Below are positions 26,270 through 37,429 of a DNA stretch of 64,000 nt, piece by piece. The notes under the pieces were generated by a model. That model saw only the letters and a program-made list of their open reading frames with translations, made no database searches and had not been told where the DNA came from. Positions within the stretch are counted from its first letter, which is position 1. Every line of letters begins with the position of its first letter. This DNA comes from Somniosus microcephalus (lineage: Eukaryota). The translations under genes and the position numbers were made by a program. The DNA lies in assembly GCA_052327205.1 (NCBI GenBank), contig CM126226.1:51212001-51276000 (forward strand), written 5' to 3'.

Positions 26270-28890
26270 AGATATTACATAAGATTACATAGGATATATG
26301 GCACAGAAACAGGCCATTCAGCCCAACCAGTCCATGCCGGCGTTTATGCTCCACACGAGCCTCCTCCTGCCTTTCCTCATCTAAATCTATCAGCGTAACC
26401 CTCCATTCCCTTTTCCCTCATATGCTTGTCCAGCCGCCCCTTAAATGCATCTATACCATTCGCTTCAACCACTCCCTGTGGTAGCGAGTTCCACATTCTC
26501 GCCACTCTGGGTAAAGAAGTTTTTTCTGAATTCCCTATTGGATTTCTTGGTGACTATCTTATATTGATAGCCTCTCGTTATGCTCTTCCCCACAAGTGGA
26601 AACATTCTCTCTGTATCCACTTTATCAAAAAAAATTCGTAATTTTAAAAACTTCTATTAGGTCACCTCTCAGCCTTTTTTTTTAAGAAAAAAGAAACCAC
26701 CTAGCCTGTTCATCCTTTCCTGATAGATATACCCTTGCATTTCTGGTATCCTTGTAAATCTTCTCTGCACCCTCTCCAGTGCCTCTATATCCTTTTTATA
26801 ATATGGCAACCAGAACTGTACGCAGTACTCTGTGTGGTCTAACCAAGGTTCGATACAGGTTTAGCATAACTTCCCTACTTTTCAATTCTGTACCTCTAGA
26901 AATTAAACCCTAGTGCTTGGTTTGCTTTTTTATGGCCTTGCTAACCTGTGTCACACCTTTGTGATTTGTGTATTTGTACTCCGAGATCCCTTTGTTCCTC
27001 TACCCCACCTATACTCGCACCCAAGTGACGTGACCTCCCTATTCTTCCCACCAAAATGTAATACCTCACATTTATCTGTGTTGAACTTAATTTGCCAATT
27101 ATATGCCCATTCTGCAAGTTTATTAATGTCCTCCTGTAACTTGTTGCAGTCCTCCTCAGTATTGACTATCCCCCCCCAATTTGATGGTGTCTGCAAATTT
27201 TTGATTCCTAAGTCAAAATTGTTAATGTAAATTGTGAACAGCAGTGGTCCCAGCACTGATCCTTGTGGAACACCGCTACCCACCTTCTGCCACTGAATAG
27301 CTACCCTTTACTCCCACTCTCTGCTTTCTGTCCTGAAGCCAGCTAGCAATCCATTCTGCATTCTCTGACCTTGTTCATCAGTCTATTATGGGGTACCTTA
27401 TCGAAGGCCTTTTGAAAATCCAGATAAATTACATCATCTGCATTACCATTGTCTACTCTCTCTGTTAACTCTTCAAAAAATTCAATAAGGTTGGTCAAGC
27501 AAGACTTTCCCTTTTGAAATCCATGCTGACTTCATTATTATATTTTTGGCTTCTAGATGTTCTTTTATTTTCTCCTTTTTAGTAGAGATTCCATTATTTT
27601 TCCTACCGCCGATGTTAAGCTGACTGGTCTATAATTCCCTGGACATGTTCTACCCCCCTTAAATATCAATATTATGTTAGCTATCTGCCAGTCCTCTGGC
27701 ACTATACCTTTCTCTAATTCATTATTAAATATGTGTAGTAATGCCTCTGCTATCTCTTTAGATTCTTTTAAAATGCGTGGATGCAATCCAGAGGTTTTAT
27801 CCTCAGTTTGATTAATTTATTTAATATATCCCCTTTTTTATTTTAAATGCAGTTATCTCATTACTAATCTCATCATCCAATGTCATGTTCACCTGTTCTA
27901 TCTCCCTGGTAATTACTGAAGCAAAATAATTATTTAATATTTCTGCCATCTATCGTTACCTGTAGTATTATCCTGACTATCCCTTAATGGCCCTAGTCCC
28001 ATCCCAACCTTTTTTATTGATGTGCCTATAAAATATTTTACTATTTTTTATGTTCCTTGATAATTTAATTTCATAGTTCCTCTTTACCTCCCTAATTGTT
28101 TTTTTTTACTTCTCTCCTAATCTTTTTGTATTCTCTCTTATCATGCACTCCCCTGCTGTCTATGTACTTAATGTATGCCTCTTTCCTTGCCCTCAATTGT
28201 TCCCTTATGGCTTTATTCATCCATGAAGTCTCATTATTGTTTAGTTTGTTCTTTCCTTTTAGCGGAATATATTTTTCCTGCACTCTAAACACTGTTTTAA
28301 ATATTTCCCATTGCTGTTCTGCATCGTTGTTTGCCAATATTGTTGCCCTTTCTCTCCCCCCCCCCCCCCCCCCCCCAGTTCTATTCTCAGCCCCTCAAAA
28401 TCAGCTTTTCTCCAATCTATTAACCTGGTTTTTGTCATACTTATGTCCTTCTCTATTCTCATCTTAAAGTGAATTATATTATGGTCACTATTGCCTATAT
28501 GTTCCCCTACATTTCTTCTCATCTGCTCTGGTTCATTCCCCATTATTAGATCCAATAGTGAATCTTCCCTTGGGCTTTTTACATATTGGGTTAGAAAGGA
28601 GTCCTGTACACATTGTAGGAACTCCATTCCCTTATCCCCTTTACCTACCTCTTCTGTCCAATTAATATCGGGGTAGTTGAAACCCCCCAGGATTATTTTG
28701 TTTTTTACTCCTTTCCCTAATTTGTCTGCATATTTCTTCCTCCACGTCCCTTCCGCTATTGGGTGGTCTGTAGACTACGCCTATTAGTGTGATTGATCCT
28801 TTATTATCTCTATCCATATGGATTCTATTTTTGTCTTGCTGATAACTGTGTCACATTTTTCTACTACCATTGTTATCCCTAATAAGTATG
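26270..28890 (-). mobile_element. CR1-type LINE, about 2.6 kb decayed ORF2 (endonuclease through RT) and 3' UTR
   Basis: EFLQCVQDSFLTQYVKSP..DSLLDLIMGNEPEQ; PEDWQIANI..IFKGG..PGNYRPVSLTS; GSGVPQGSVLGPLLFTIYIN; many indels. Confidence 0.95.
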
Positions 28891-30113
28891 ACATGAGTGC
28901 TTTATTTTCCAGAATTTGCTATGTCTAAACATGGCTTCTATTCTGTTTAGGAGTGAAAGGGAGGAAGAGATTTGTTTTTTCACGTGTTTTGTCTACAGCA
29001 GTTTGGACAGCTGGTTAGCTAGTTCTTGTGACAACTGCTGGGCTCAGGATAGTGTGCCTTCTCGAGTTATGTAGTACACACTGAGGAAAGAAGCCTATCA
29101 CACAGAACTAAGGCTCATGGTGGTAGAAGAGAGGCTTGAAATAAGACTGAATAAAATCGCAGTGCTGGCACAGACTACAAATAATTTTGGTAGTGATTTG
29201 TAAAATCCATATTAAGTATAAATCACTTGTTAATGGAATTTGTGCAGTATGAATACCATTCTGTTTGATGGTTCTCATTGAGCTGGAGTTGAGTTGTTTT
29301 CTCCATTTTGATCCAAGGAGTACTCATCTAAGGTAGAATGATTGCAGAGGCTAATGCAAAGCAAAATATTTTCCAATTAATGTGTTACATAGACATTAAA
29401 ATTATAGAAAATAACAAGTTTTTATAATTAAACATCTTTGAATAAATTCTTTATGCTATTAAAATTCTAGACTTCCAAGTTCAGGACAGCACTTAATTAA
29501 TTAACTTTTGCCTTAAAAGAAGAAAGCATTTGAGGGAGTGATGAGATGCTTTGAACCATTTGCTGCTTCTGATGATGTGGGCAAGAATTCCTGTAGCCTA
29601 GAATGGGGCTGATTAATTTCCGTGTAAAACCATGTTTTTTTTTTCATAATGTCACTGCTGAACTTTAATATAATAGATTATCTGGAAAATCTTGATGCCA
29701 ACCATTTGTTATTTGCTTTAATAATTAAAGTAGGGAGGGGGTGAAAAACAAACAATTTTATATTAATAACTGATGGTAAAATCTGTTATACCAGTGTTTG
29801 TATTCCAGTAATAATGTGGAACTGAAGTTTAAGCTGCTGCACCATTTAATGTGACTAAGCTCTTCATGACTGCTCATAAAATGTGTTTTTTTTGTGATTT
29901 CCTGGGTATTTGTAAGAGCATTACTTAGTTTTGTAAATGATGACTATATAAATTAATTGGAATTACACGCTGCCACTGTGTATGAGTGCTAATATATGTG
30001 AAAGCATAAATGCAGGTATACAATTCTAGCGTTACAACTTTGTTGATCTTTTACATGCTGTCTCATTTTTCTCCTTTCCTGCTTTCTAATTTCTCTCTAT
30101 CTCGATGTTCTAG

Positions 30114-30533
30114 TCTGTATAGAAGCAGCCCAAGTTCTCGATCCTTTACAGCAAGCCACCCCTCCATGATTGCCGGCAATGCGCACCAGCAGCCTAAGTT
30201 TGCAAGCCCTGTTTCACTGACGCCTAGTTCTCCATGCCAACGTACTATGGCTACTAGTCCATCCTCGACTCGGGCCAGTTCTTCAGGACAACCATCGTTG
30301 ATCATGAGCTACCCATCCTTATTCTCAACCTCTCCCAGGCTAAGAAATGCTGGTACAAGTCCGTTGCCAATCCCACCTGTGTCTTCTAGCCCACAAACCA
30401 TGGCCAGTAGCCCTTCATCAATCCAAATGAGTTCTCCAAGACAACGACCCACTGTAATGGGTCCACCATTATTTCCAGTCACTTCTCCTACAGCAGTACC
30501 CCGCTCCTCTCCACTGAACCAGCTACCTCCTAG
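30114..30533 (+). CDS. UBE4B: UBE4B alternative exon 7 (420 nt, symmetric phase 2-2), Ser/Pro/Thr-rich
   Basis: ttctag|T...CCTAG|gtattg; SLYRSSP...ASSP...SSPRQRPTVMGPPLFPVTSP. Position, phase and residual motifs match the cassette exon of long vertebrate UBE4B isoforms. Confidence 0.9.
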
Positions 30534-30789
30534 GTATTGTGTATTACAATATAGAAATTTTTCGTAAATTGATATCAGCTCTGTTAAATATTTTGATAGT
30601 GGAACATTTATTCTAAATTTATACAGCATTTGTGTTTTTTAAATTTGAGTTACCATTACAGAAATTCATACGTACACCTATTAAGTTTTCAACACACTTG
30701 GCCTTTTTTTGTTTTAGCATGAGAAATTTTTTTAAAAATTGAATAGATTTTTAATTGTTTTCTGATAATGTTGGCCTCCTGTTTAGAGG

Positions 30790-32330
30790 GCCCGAGCCTT
30801 GACTTATTCCAATTTGAATTCCCTTAGTGCATGAGATTTGCTACCTTTTTAGATGGACTACTGGATTATTACAGTTCAAGAGCATGTGAAGTATAAATGG
30901 AGGAAGGGAAATGCCTCCGCGTATTCCATGGAAGCTAGTTTATGTTAATGACAGGATTGAATAATTTTGTAACCACTCAAGAAACCTACCCATTAAAACA
31001 TTTTGTTTCTTACACTATCCCTAATGAAGATATTCAAATGTGCACAAGATAAATGGGCTACTTTTAAGAATACATTAGAGAATACAAAGTATCTGTATTC
31101 CATGGCAAAAGAAGTGTAGCAGAGGAAGAGGAAAACAGATCGCGACAGCAAGTGAAGTAATGTACAGGGGGAGGGGAGAAGAGAGAAGTCCTCGAGTGTA
31201 AATCTGCAGCTAAATCAGGGGGCGGATGAATATGATGAGGTTAAGGAGGTTGAGAAACTCGTTGAGAGCTAAAATAGAAAACACCGTATGAAAGGCTTTT
31301 GTAAATATATATATTCATGGCAAACTGGTGGTCAGGCAACAGTAGGATCCCAAGCGTGACTGTATCAAATGGCCAAGCATTGGCAGATATCCGCAACAAC
31401 TTTGGTATCACTGTTCACTGAGGAAACTGGGGGGGCTACCTTCCCAGTCAGGGGTGGAATTCCCAGGGACACTCAAGGGAATATTAAGTGTGTTAGAAAT
31501 TATGAATAAGGCTGAGAGCATTAAAACAGGATGTGTCACCTGGCCTGGAGCAACTACTCGCTATGGTCATAAGAAAGTGACTAATGAAACTGGTTATATC
31601 CTGGCTGGCATTTTTTTTTAAGGGATTCATTGAAATTGTGAATAATACCTGAAGATCGGAGAAATCTAAATATAATGCCAATTTATAAAAAGGGTTATAA
31701 AGATAAGCCTAACTACTGTAGTAGGTAGAACACAAGAGCAGCATGCTGAAGTAGGAAATAATGAAGTACTGTACCTAGAAAAATATGGATTAATAAGAGG
31801 GGATTGCCCTGGCTTTATGGGTGGGAGGTCACATGGAAGACCAAATGCAATTCTGTGCCACAATGAGGACATCCTGGCTTTAGAGAGGCGACAGACTAGA
31901 GCAGCTAAACTGGTATCCGGGATTCGGTACATGAATTAGGAGGAGAGGTTCAAGAAGCTGGGCAATTTTACACTGGAGAAATGAGGCTCGGGAGACCTTG
32001 TCAGAGTTTCAAGATTTTAAGCATTCTCGTTAAACTGCGCCCCAATAGATCACTTGGCATAACCGCAAGCACTGTAGCAGAGGCCGTGGACGCAAGCTTA
32101 GAGCAGGAAAGGTGAATAGACAGCTTCGATTTAACTACTTCACACAGTGGGTGGTGAAGATGTGGTACAGATAGCTTGGGGAAACATTTGAGCGCAGTAG
32201 TATTGACTAATTCAAGAGGGAGAGGAATAGTGTTTTTTTGGTGGAAGAATTGATTAAGAAATAATGAATTTGAACCAGCCAGATGAAAGGCAGTGGTCTC
32301 TTCCAGTCCCCTCTGCCTATGTTTCTTGTT
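30790..32330 (+). mobile_element. Ancient, heavily eroded CR1-like LINE
   Basis: Residual ORF2 words on the + strand: gacatcctggctttagagagg..agagcagctaaactggtatccggg..gaggagaggttcaagaagctggg..acactggagaa..ggagacctt. Confidence 0.6.
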
Positions 32331-32392
32331 TGTCTGGGATGTCAATTTTAGAAATACAGTTTACGTACTCGTGCTGCTGAGCTCTTGCTAAT

Positions 32393-32517
32393 CGTAGGCC
32401 CGTGCACCAGGGAAACGCGTAGGCCCATGCACCAGGGAAACGCGTAGGCCCATGCACCAGGGAAACGCATAGGCCCATGCACCAGGGAAACGCGTAGGCC
32501 CATGCACCAGGGAAACG
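32393..32517 (+). repeat. Minisatellite, 5 x 25 bp (CGTAGGCCCATGCACCAGGGAAACG)
   Basis: Five head-to-tail units, only two substitutions in total, no spacers. Confidence 0.97.
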
Positions 32518-32867
32518 CGAATATAAATGCCACATTCCTAAAATTGACATTGCTACAGGAACTTGAATATATTTCCAATGGATTGAGCTGGAAACAAAAT
32601 GCTGAAACAGTTACTCGAGCCATTTCTTTGAAAGATAACTATACTTTGCTATTGCAGATGTGGTCTCTGCTTCTCTTAAAGACATTTTAATAGTTCAGCT
32701 GCTCGCAATCATTGTCAAGGTGCTCTTTCTGGAGAAATTCAGCTTTCGCTACTTTTTCCACATTTAAAGGTACTTATGCAGGATACCCTTGTGAAGCTTC
32801 AGAGTTTGCAGCAGTTCCTATCAAAATGGTTAAGGGACACCCAGCAATATCTTCTGTCTTCCATATA

Positions 32868-33197
32868 CAGGAAACTTTGTGATACCCGGCACCGACGGGA
32901 CCGGTGTGTTGCCGATCTATCAAAACTGCCGGACATACAAAGTTAATGTTGAAGCATACGGAGGTTTTCATCTCCGTATCTGACAACAAACACTGTGTTG
33001 CTTAGCAACAGCTTCTAAAGAGGCAGCTGCAAGCGTCTCTAGCTGAAGCTGTTGCTATAGCTACAGACCTTGCAGTGCCTGACTTGGGGGGGGAAAAAAA
33101 GAACGAGAACTAAAAAAACTTAGAAAACGGCTCCTGATTTTTGCCGTTAGATTGAGTATTCCGGACATACAACCTCCGGATAAACCAAAGTTTCCTG
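32868..33197. mobile_element. Tc1/mariner (pogo/Tigger-like) MITE, copy A
   Basis: TA|CAGGAAACTTTG ... CAAAGTTTCCTG|TA. Confidence 0.88.
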
Positions 33198-33616
33198 TAA
33201 TTGGATTAGTGTGGTACACTTTTTTTGTCATTGACAATTTTGACTTTAGATCAATATTGTCTTGTCATAATATCTCATTTTGTTTAAGATTGTGAGGCTG
33301 GGTGCTTACCAAACATCAGCTGAGATACACATTCTATAGTACCTAACTGGAACTAGAAATAATCTTTCCCACAGTTTGCCTTTTCCTTGAAATCTTTGTC
33401 GCCCTCTTATGTTTTGATATTAGTAACAAAGTTTAAACTTCTGGGATGTTAGTATTATCACAGAAAAATGCAGTTATTCCCTGTTGAATAGTAGAAACCA
33501 CTTGAACTTGGTAAAACTTCTGGGATTTCAGTTTAAAATGGCCTTGTTTTGCAAGATCTGACTTGTACAATCGTTTTTGTGGGGTTTTTTCTGCATTTTT
33601 TTTTTGTATGCTTCAG

Positions 33617-33711
33617 GATGAGAGATGGCATTGTGGAGGAAAGGAACACTCTTGGCATTCAGTACCTGCATCACACTCTTCTAGCTGAGCTTCGAGATGG
33701 ATGGTTGCAGG
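33617..33711 (+). other. Candidate unannotated 95-nt cassette exon (frame-shifting)
   Basis: CTGAC branch-like motif at 33558, AG-free T-rich tract 33556-33614, ttcag| acceptor and AGG|gtaaag donor. Open in the phase-2 frame (RMRDGIVEERNTLGIQYLHHTLLAELRDGWLQ). No homology recognised. Confidence 0.3.
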
Positions 33712-34715
33712 GTAAAGCGCCATTTGCTCTGTCCCAATAATGTGCCATAGCTCATCAGCATGATTTATGTTTTGACTTCTGGCGTCAGTGGCCATTGTAG
33801 CCTTTCTGAATTAGATTCCCAGTTTGTGATGTGGGCTCGCTCCATTAGGTACTGGGCTGAGTGAGCAGAAGTTTTTGTAGCAGCTGACCATCTGAACACT
33901 TTCCTGGTTACATAACTTTTAATTGTTCCTATTTAACTTTTTTTTGCTGATGCCTTCGATTTTATACCATTATGGTTTCGTGAACTTTGAAGGGCGTAGT
34001 GTAACCTACCTGTGCTGACCTTATCAGCTTATTAAGTTAGAATTCTCAAGGTTACTGTTGATTGTCAATTTTAGTAAAAGGACCTACCTTGACGGGACTT
34101 GACAATGGCCCCGGTAGAATTTGATTTGCTTTTTATGTTTAGGATGAACTGTTTGTAGTTAGCGACTTGAGAATGTTTGTCTCGTCCTCAGTACTTTAAC
34201 AGTATTGGCAAGGGTACCTTAGAATTGGGAGTGTGAGCTGAATTTCTCCACCATGATATAGTTTGTGCTAAACTATTGAAACTTTTTCTATTTTTAAATA
34301 GTTACCTTTTAAAAAATAAATAGTGAATCAAATCAGCTATAATTATAACCAGACTCTCTTAAGAAATACAAATCTGTACCAATTCCAGTTATGTTTTTCT
34401 TCCTTCAACCTAAATGTGTTAGTTATGATCGGTTGGCTTTTGGTTATAGAACAACATTACAGAGCGTAGATCAGGACCTCGACAGCACTTGTGAAAGCTA
34501 CAGCTTGTATAGTTCAATAGTAATGAATTGCACAGCTTGTTCTTGAACTTTATTATAGGACTCAATTGTTTAAAAACTTTTTTATTTAAGTACATTACAT
34601 TTAAGCGCAATACATCAAGAGAAAACAAATTCATCAAACTTCTTGTTTTGATTCAATGTCTTTTTTTTTCCTGTCTTGGTTTTTCTGCTAAATCTCTAAA
34701 TCTTTCCTCTGGTAG

Positions 34716-34850
34716 TATCTACAACAACCCCTTTTCCCTTCTCCTCTTCGCTCTTTCTGATTTACCCGAGGACAGCAGTGATGATGATGACGATGATGAT
34801 GATGATGAGGAAGATGATGTTGATTTGTCTAGTGTCCAGTTTGGTTCCAG
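34716..34850 (+). CDS. UBE4B: UBE4B alternative exon 7a (135 nt, symmetric phase 2-2), acidic, muscle-type isoform
   Basis: ctggtag|T...TCCAG|gtatcg; SIYNNPFSLLLFALSDLPEDSSDDDDDDDDDEEDDVDLSSVQFGS. Resembles the UFD2a-7/7a insert (YDNPFS..L.ALS..poly-acidic..VQFGSS). Confidence 0.88.
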
Positions 34851-34889
34851 GTATCGGTTGTACAAGGCTGGCAGCTTTTATTATAACGG

Positions 34890-37403
34890 GCATGGGTTAA
34901 GCATTTGAAAGTGCAACTAACAGTGTGATTTTTATAGCTACCTAGTCTCCTTTCTTCATTTCTTATTGCACATTCTCTCTTTCACTTTGCTCCTTGGTAG
35001 GAGCTCCTCTGTACACTGCTTTGTTTCAGTTTAGAGCTTTTAGGGTGCGCTGTAAATGCTGTGCCAGGAGATGGATAACTGGGCGAGTGAATCCTACCCT
35101 GTTGATATGGTGTAGCCAAAATCTATACATATTTGTTATTAAACTTAAAAAAAAATCCATCCTCCATTCTTAGGCTTCAAACCGGATGCAAGAAAGTGTG
35201 CAAGCGCAGTCCCTAATGACACACCCTACATTTGTCTTTGAGTGCTCAATGGTGTGGATTATGATTGCAACCCTATGACTCATCATTCGTGATGCTGCAC
35301 ATTGGTGCTGTAGTGTACTGTGCTGGTATTTTGCCCTTGAAAACAAATATAATGCTCGTCACATCTAAGCAAATTGGACTATTGCAGTAATGGAGACTCA
35401 AATCTGCAACCGCAGATATGAATGACATCACCATTTGGTTTCACCTGTTGTAGGCCGTGAAACAGATAAATTGTAGTTTCTAAATTGATCACTAATACCT
35501 TTTTATAAAGCTATGAATACAATTAATTGCTGGTATCAGATAGCTTTCTAAAAGCTTAAAACCCGGAGGTATTGAATGTTGAATATACTTAGTTCACTAT
35601 AACTACACTTCGTTGAAATATGTTGTGGTTTAAAAAGTTGGTAAAACAGATTGCTAATGAAATGTTTTCAGACTGCATGTTTAAATCATTGTATTTCCTT
35701 GGTAACAAAATTGGGAAGTACTCCTGTGCACAGGGCACTTTCTTTGGATAAATGAGAAGAAAGCTGAAAATGTTTTGATTTGTACTCCTGTCATCTTGTT
35801 TGAATTTGGGAAGATGTGGCAGGATTTATGTATCCTAATGAGTTCCTTGTATGTAATGGGACACCCATGATTTCATTTGAGATCATTTCCCAATTTCAGC
35901 TAGATTTAGTGGAAGTAATGTTATAATATGGAAAGCAGAAATCAATGTGCCAATCTTCAAAGGCTGGTCTTATGAGTTTTTCAGTAGCTGTTTACAAAGC
36001 AATCTAAATAGAGAGCTTTAGAGTAGATTGCTTGCTTTTCCTTTTGTTTTGGGGGTAATCTGTGGATAATCCGTTATGTCGATGGAGAAGAACATTAGAG
36101 GAATAAAATTCTGGAAATGGCATTACGAAGTTTTTGCTGCATTCGTGCTCTCTGCTGCTGCGAGCTGTAAACGAGCTACGTCCATTACAGTCCACTAGTG
36201 GTGATGAAAATAACACTCTTCTTGAACCAAGATGCGACCTAATGTAATCCACTAGGACTGACTGCAGTGTATTCTAATAATGTCCTTTCACCTCTGGACT
36301 TGGGTTTAAAGCCAGCAAGGCTGATAGGCTGCTCTTTCTCAGCTGTAAGGATCCTGCATGTAGCAAGTTTGAGCCAGGCATGAGTTTACAGGACAAAACT
36401 CCTAATTTTGCAATAATTGACCAACTTGGAGAGTCCATGATATTCTGATCTAGGAGATGGCATTTTGTTTTTCTGAGGTTCAGGCACATTGCTGCCTAGT
36501 CTCTGAGCAGCATCTTAATTCAGAATTTAAAATGAATGGCTACGTAACTTAATGTTCAAGCTTGTTTTAGACTCGATGTGCTCAGTCTTGTTTTATGCTG
36601 ATCAGTTAACTACATGATACTGCAAAGTAAATCATTTTGTTTTTTAAAGTGCTGGCACCAGTATTACAGACAACTGATGAGTTTGGACGAGAAGTCAGCT
36701 GTCATCTGCCATGTTTCTGTTGGTCACGACCTATTTGTTTTATATATAGTCTGTCAAACTTCTTTCTTTAGATACTGTTGTGCCTTTTGGATAGCATGCA
36801 TTGAAAAGTTTGGTCTTTTTAATATAATACACATGGATGCATGCATGTTCACTAACTTGATTCCTTCAAGCAAATTGTGCAATTAATGTTACAGGAAGCC
36901 TCACTGCTAGGCACGTGTATGTTCATGTGACCTCCCTCTGATGAAACAATTTGACTGGCTTGTGAAGTGTTTTTCATCTGATCAGGAGGTGTCTGTTAAG
37001 TTACTTTATTTTTTTTACCAAAGAAGCTAAAATCCAATTTTAAAGCTTTTTCTCTTGCTTTTCTGTTTTCCCCTTTCCCATTCTGCTTTTTTCCCTCTTT
37101 CCTTTCTCTACATGACAACCAAGTGATAATACAGCTTACACCGATGCTCCTAATGTGGATTGCTAGACAGGAAGTGTGTATTGACTGAGAATGGTGGGAA
37201 CACATCTTTGCTGTCTCTTCCCAGGATGAATAAACCTGTTTTAAGAAAATCCAAGTGTGTTATATCTTCGCTAACTAGGCTTCAGACTGTCTCACTTTAG
37301 TTGCCTTTGCCTTCCTTGCTGAATGGCAACAATTGCTTAGCATATGGATTGGCGTTTCATAACACGGCCAGTTGCTCGAGCGTAGCCTATTCAAGACACT
37401 AAT
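34890..37403 (+). promoter_or_regulatory. Cluster of intronic splicing-regulator motifs (RBFOX TGCATG, QKI ACTAAY) downstream of exon 7a
   Basis: TGCATG at 35674, 36355, 36838, 36842; GCATG at 34890, 36794; ACTAAC at 34916, 36851; ACTAAT at 35491, 37398. Confidence 0.55.
37124..37255 (+). other. Candidate alternative last exon with poly(A) signal
   Basis: 76-nt AG-free pyrimidine tract 37046-37121, ccaag| acceptor, phase-2 frame SDNTAYTDAPNVDC-stop (TAG 37164-37166), AATAAA 37229-37234 and GTGTGTT about 20 nt downstream. Confidence 0.35.
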
Positions 37404-37429
37404 GACCATCATTTTGGTAATGGCATGTA

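Noticed and set aside
29538-29612. Possible C/D box snoRNA (GTGATGA...CTGA...CTGA)
   Set aside because: No terminal stem next to the boxes and no recognisable rRNA/snRNA antisense element. Such box pairs arise by chance in 64 kb; a snoscan/Infernal hit would be needed.
30063-30629. Minus-strand ORFs opposite exon 7 (similarly 14900-15310 opposite exon 2)
   Set aside because: Antisense shadows of coding exons; no independent splice or homology support.
32393-32517. 25-bp repeat array as a CRISPR array; repetitive ORFs 32317-32550 and 32348-32623
   Set aside because: Units are contiguous with no spacers, the context is a vertebrate intron with no cas genes, and the ORFs are by-products of the repeat.
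34779-34819. (GAT)n microsatellite as non-coding repeat
   Set aside because: It is the in-frame poly-Asp/Glu tract of exon 7a.
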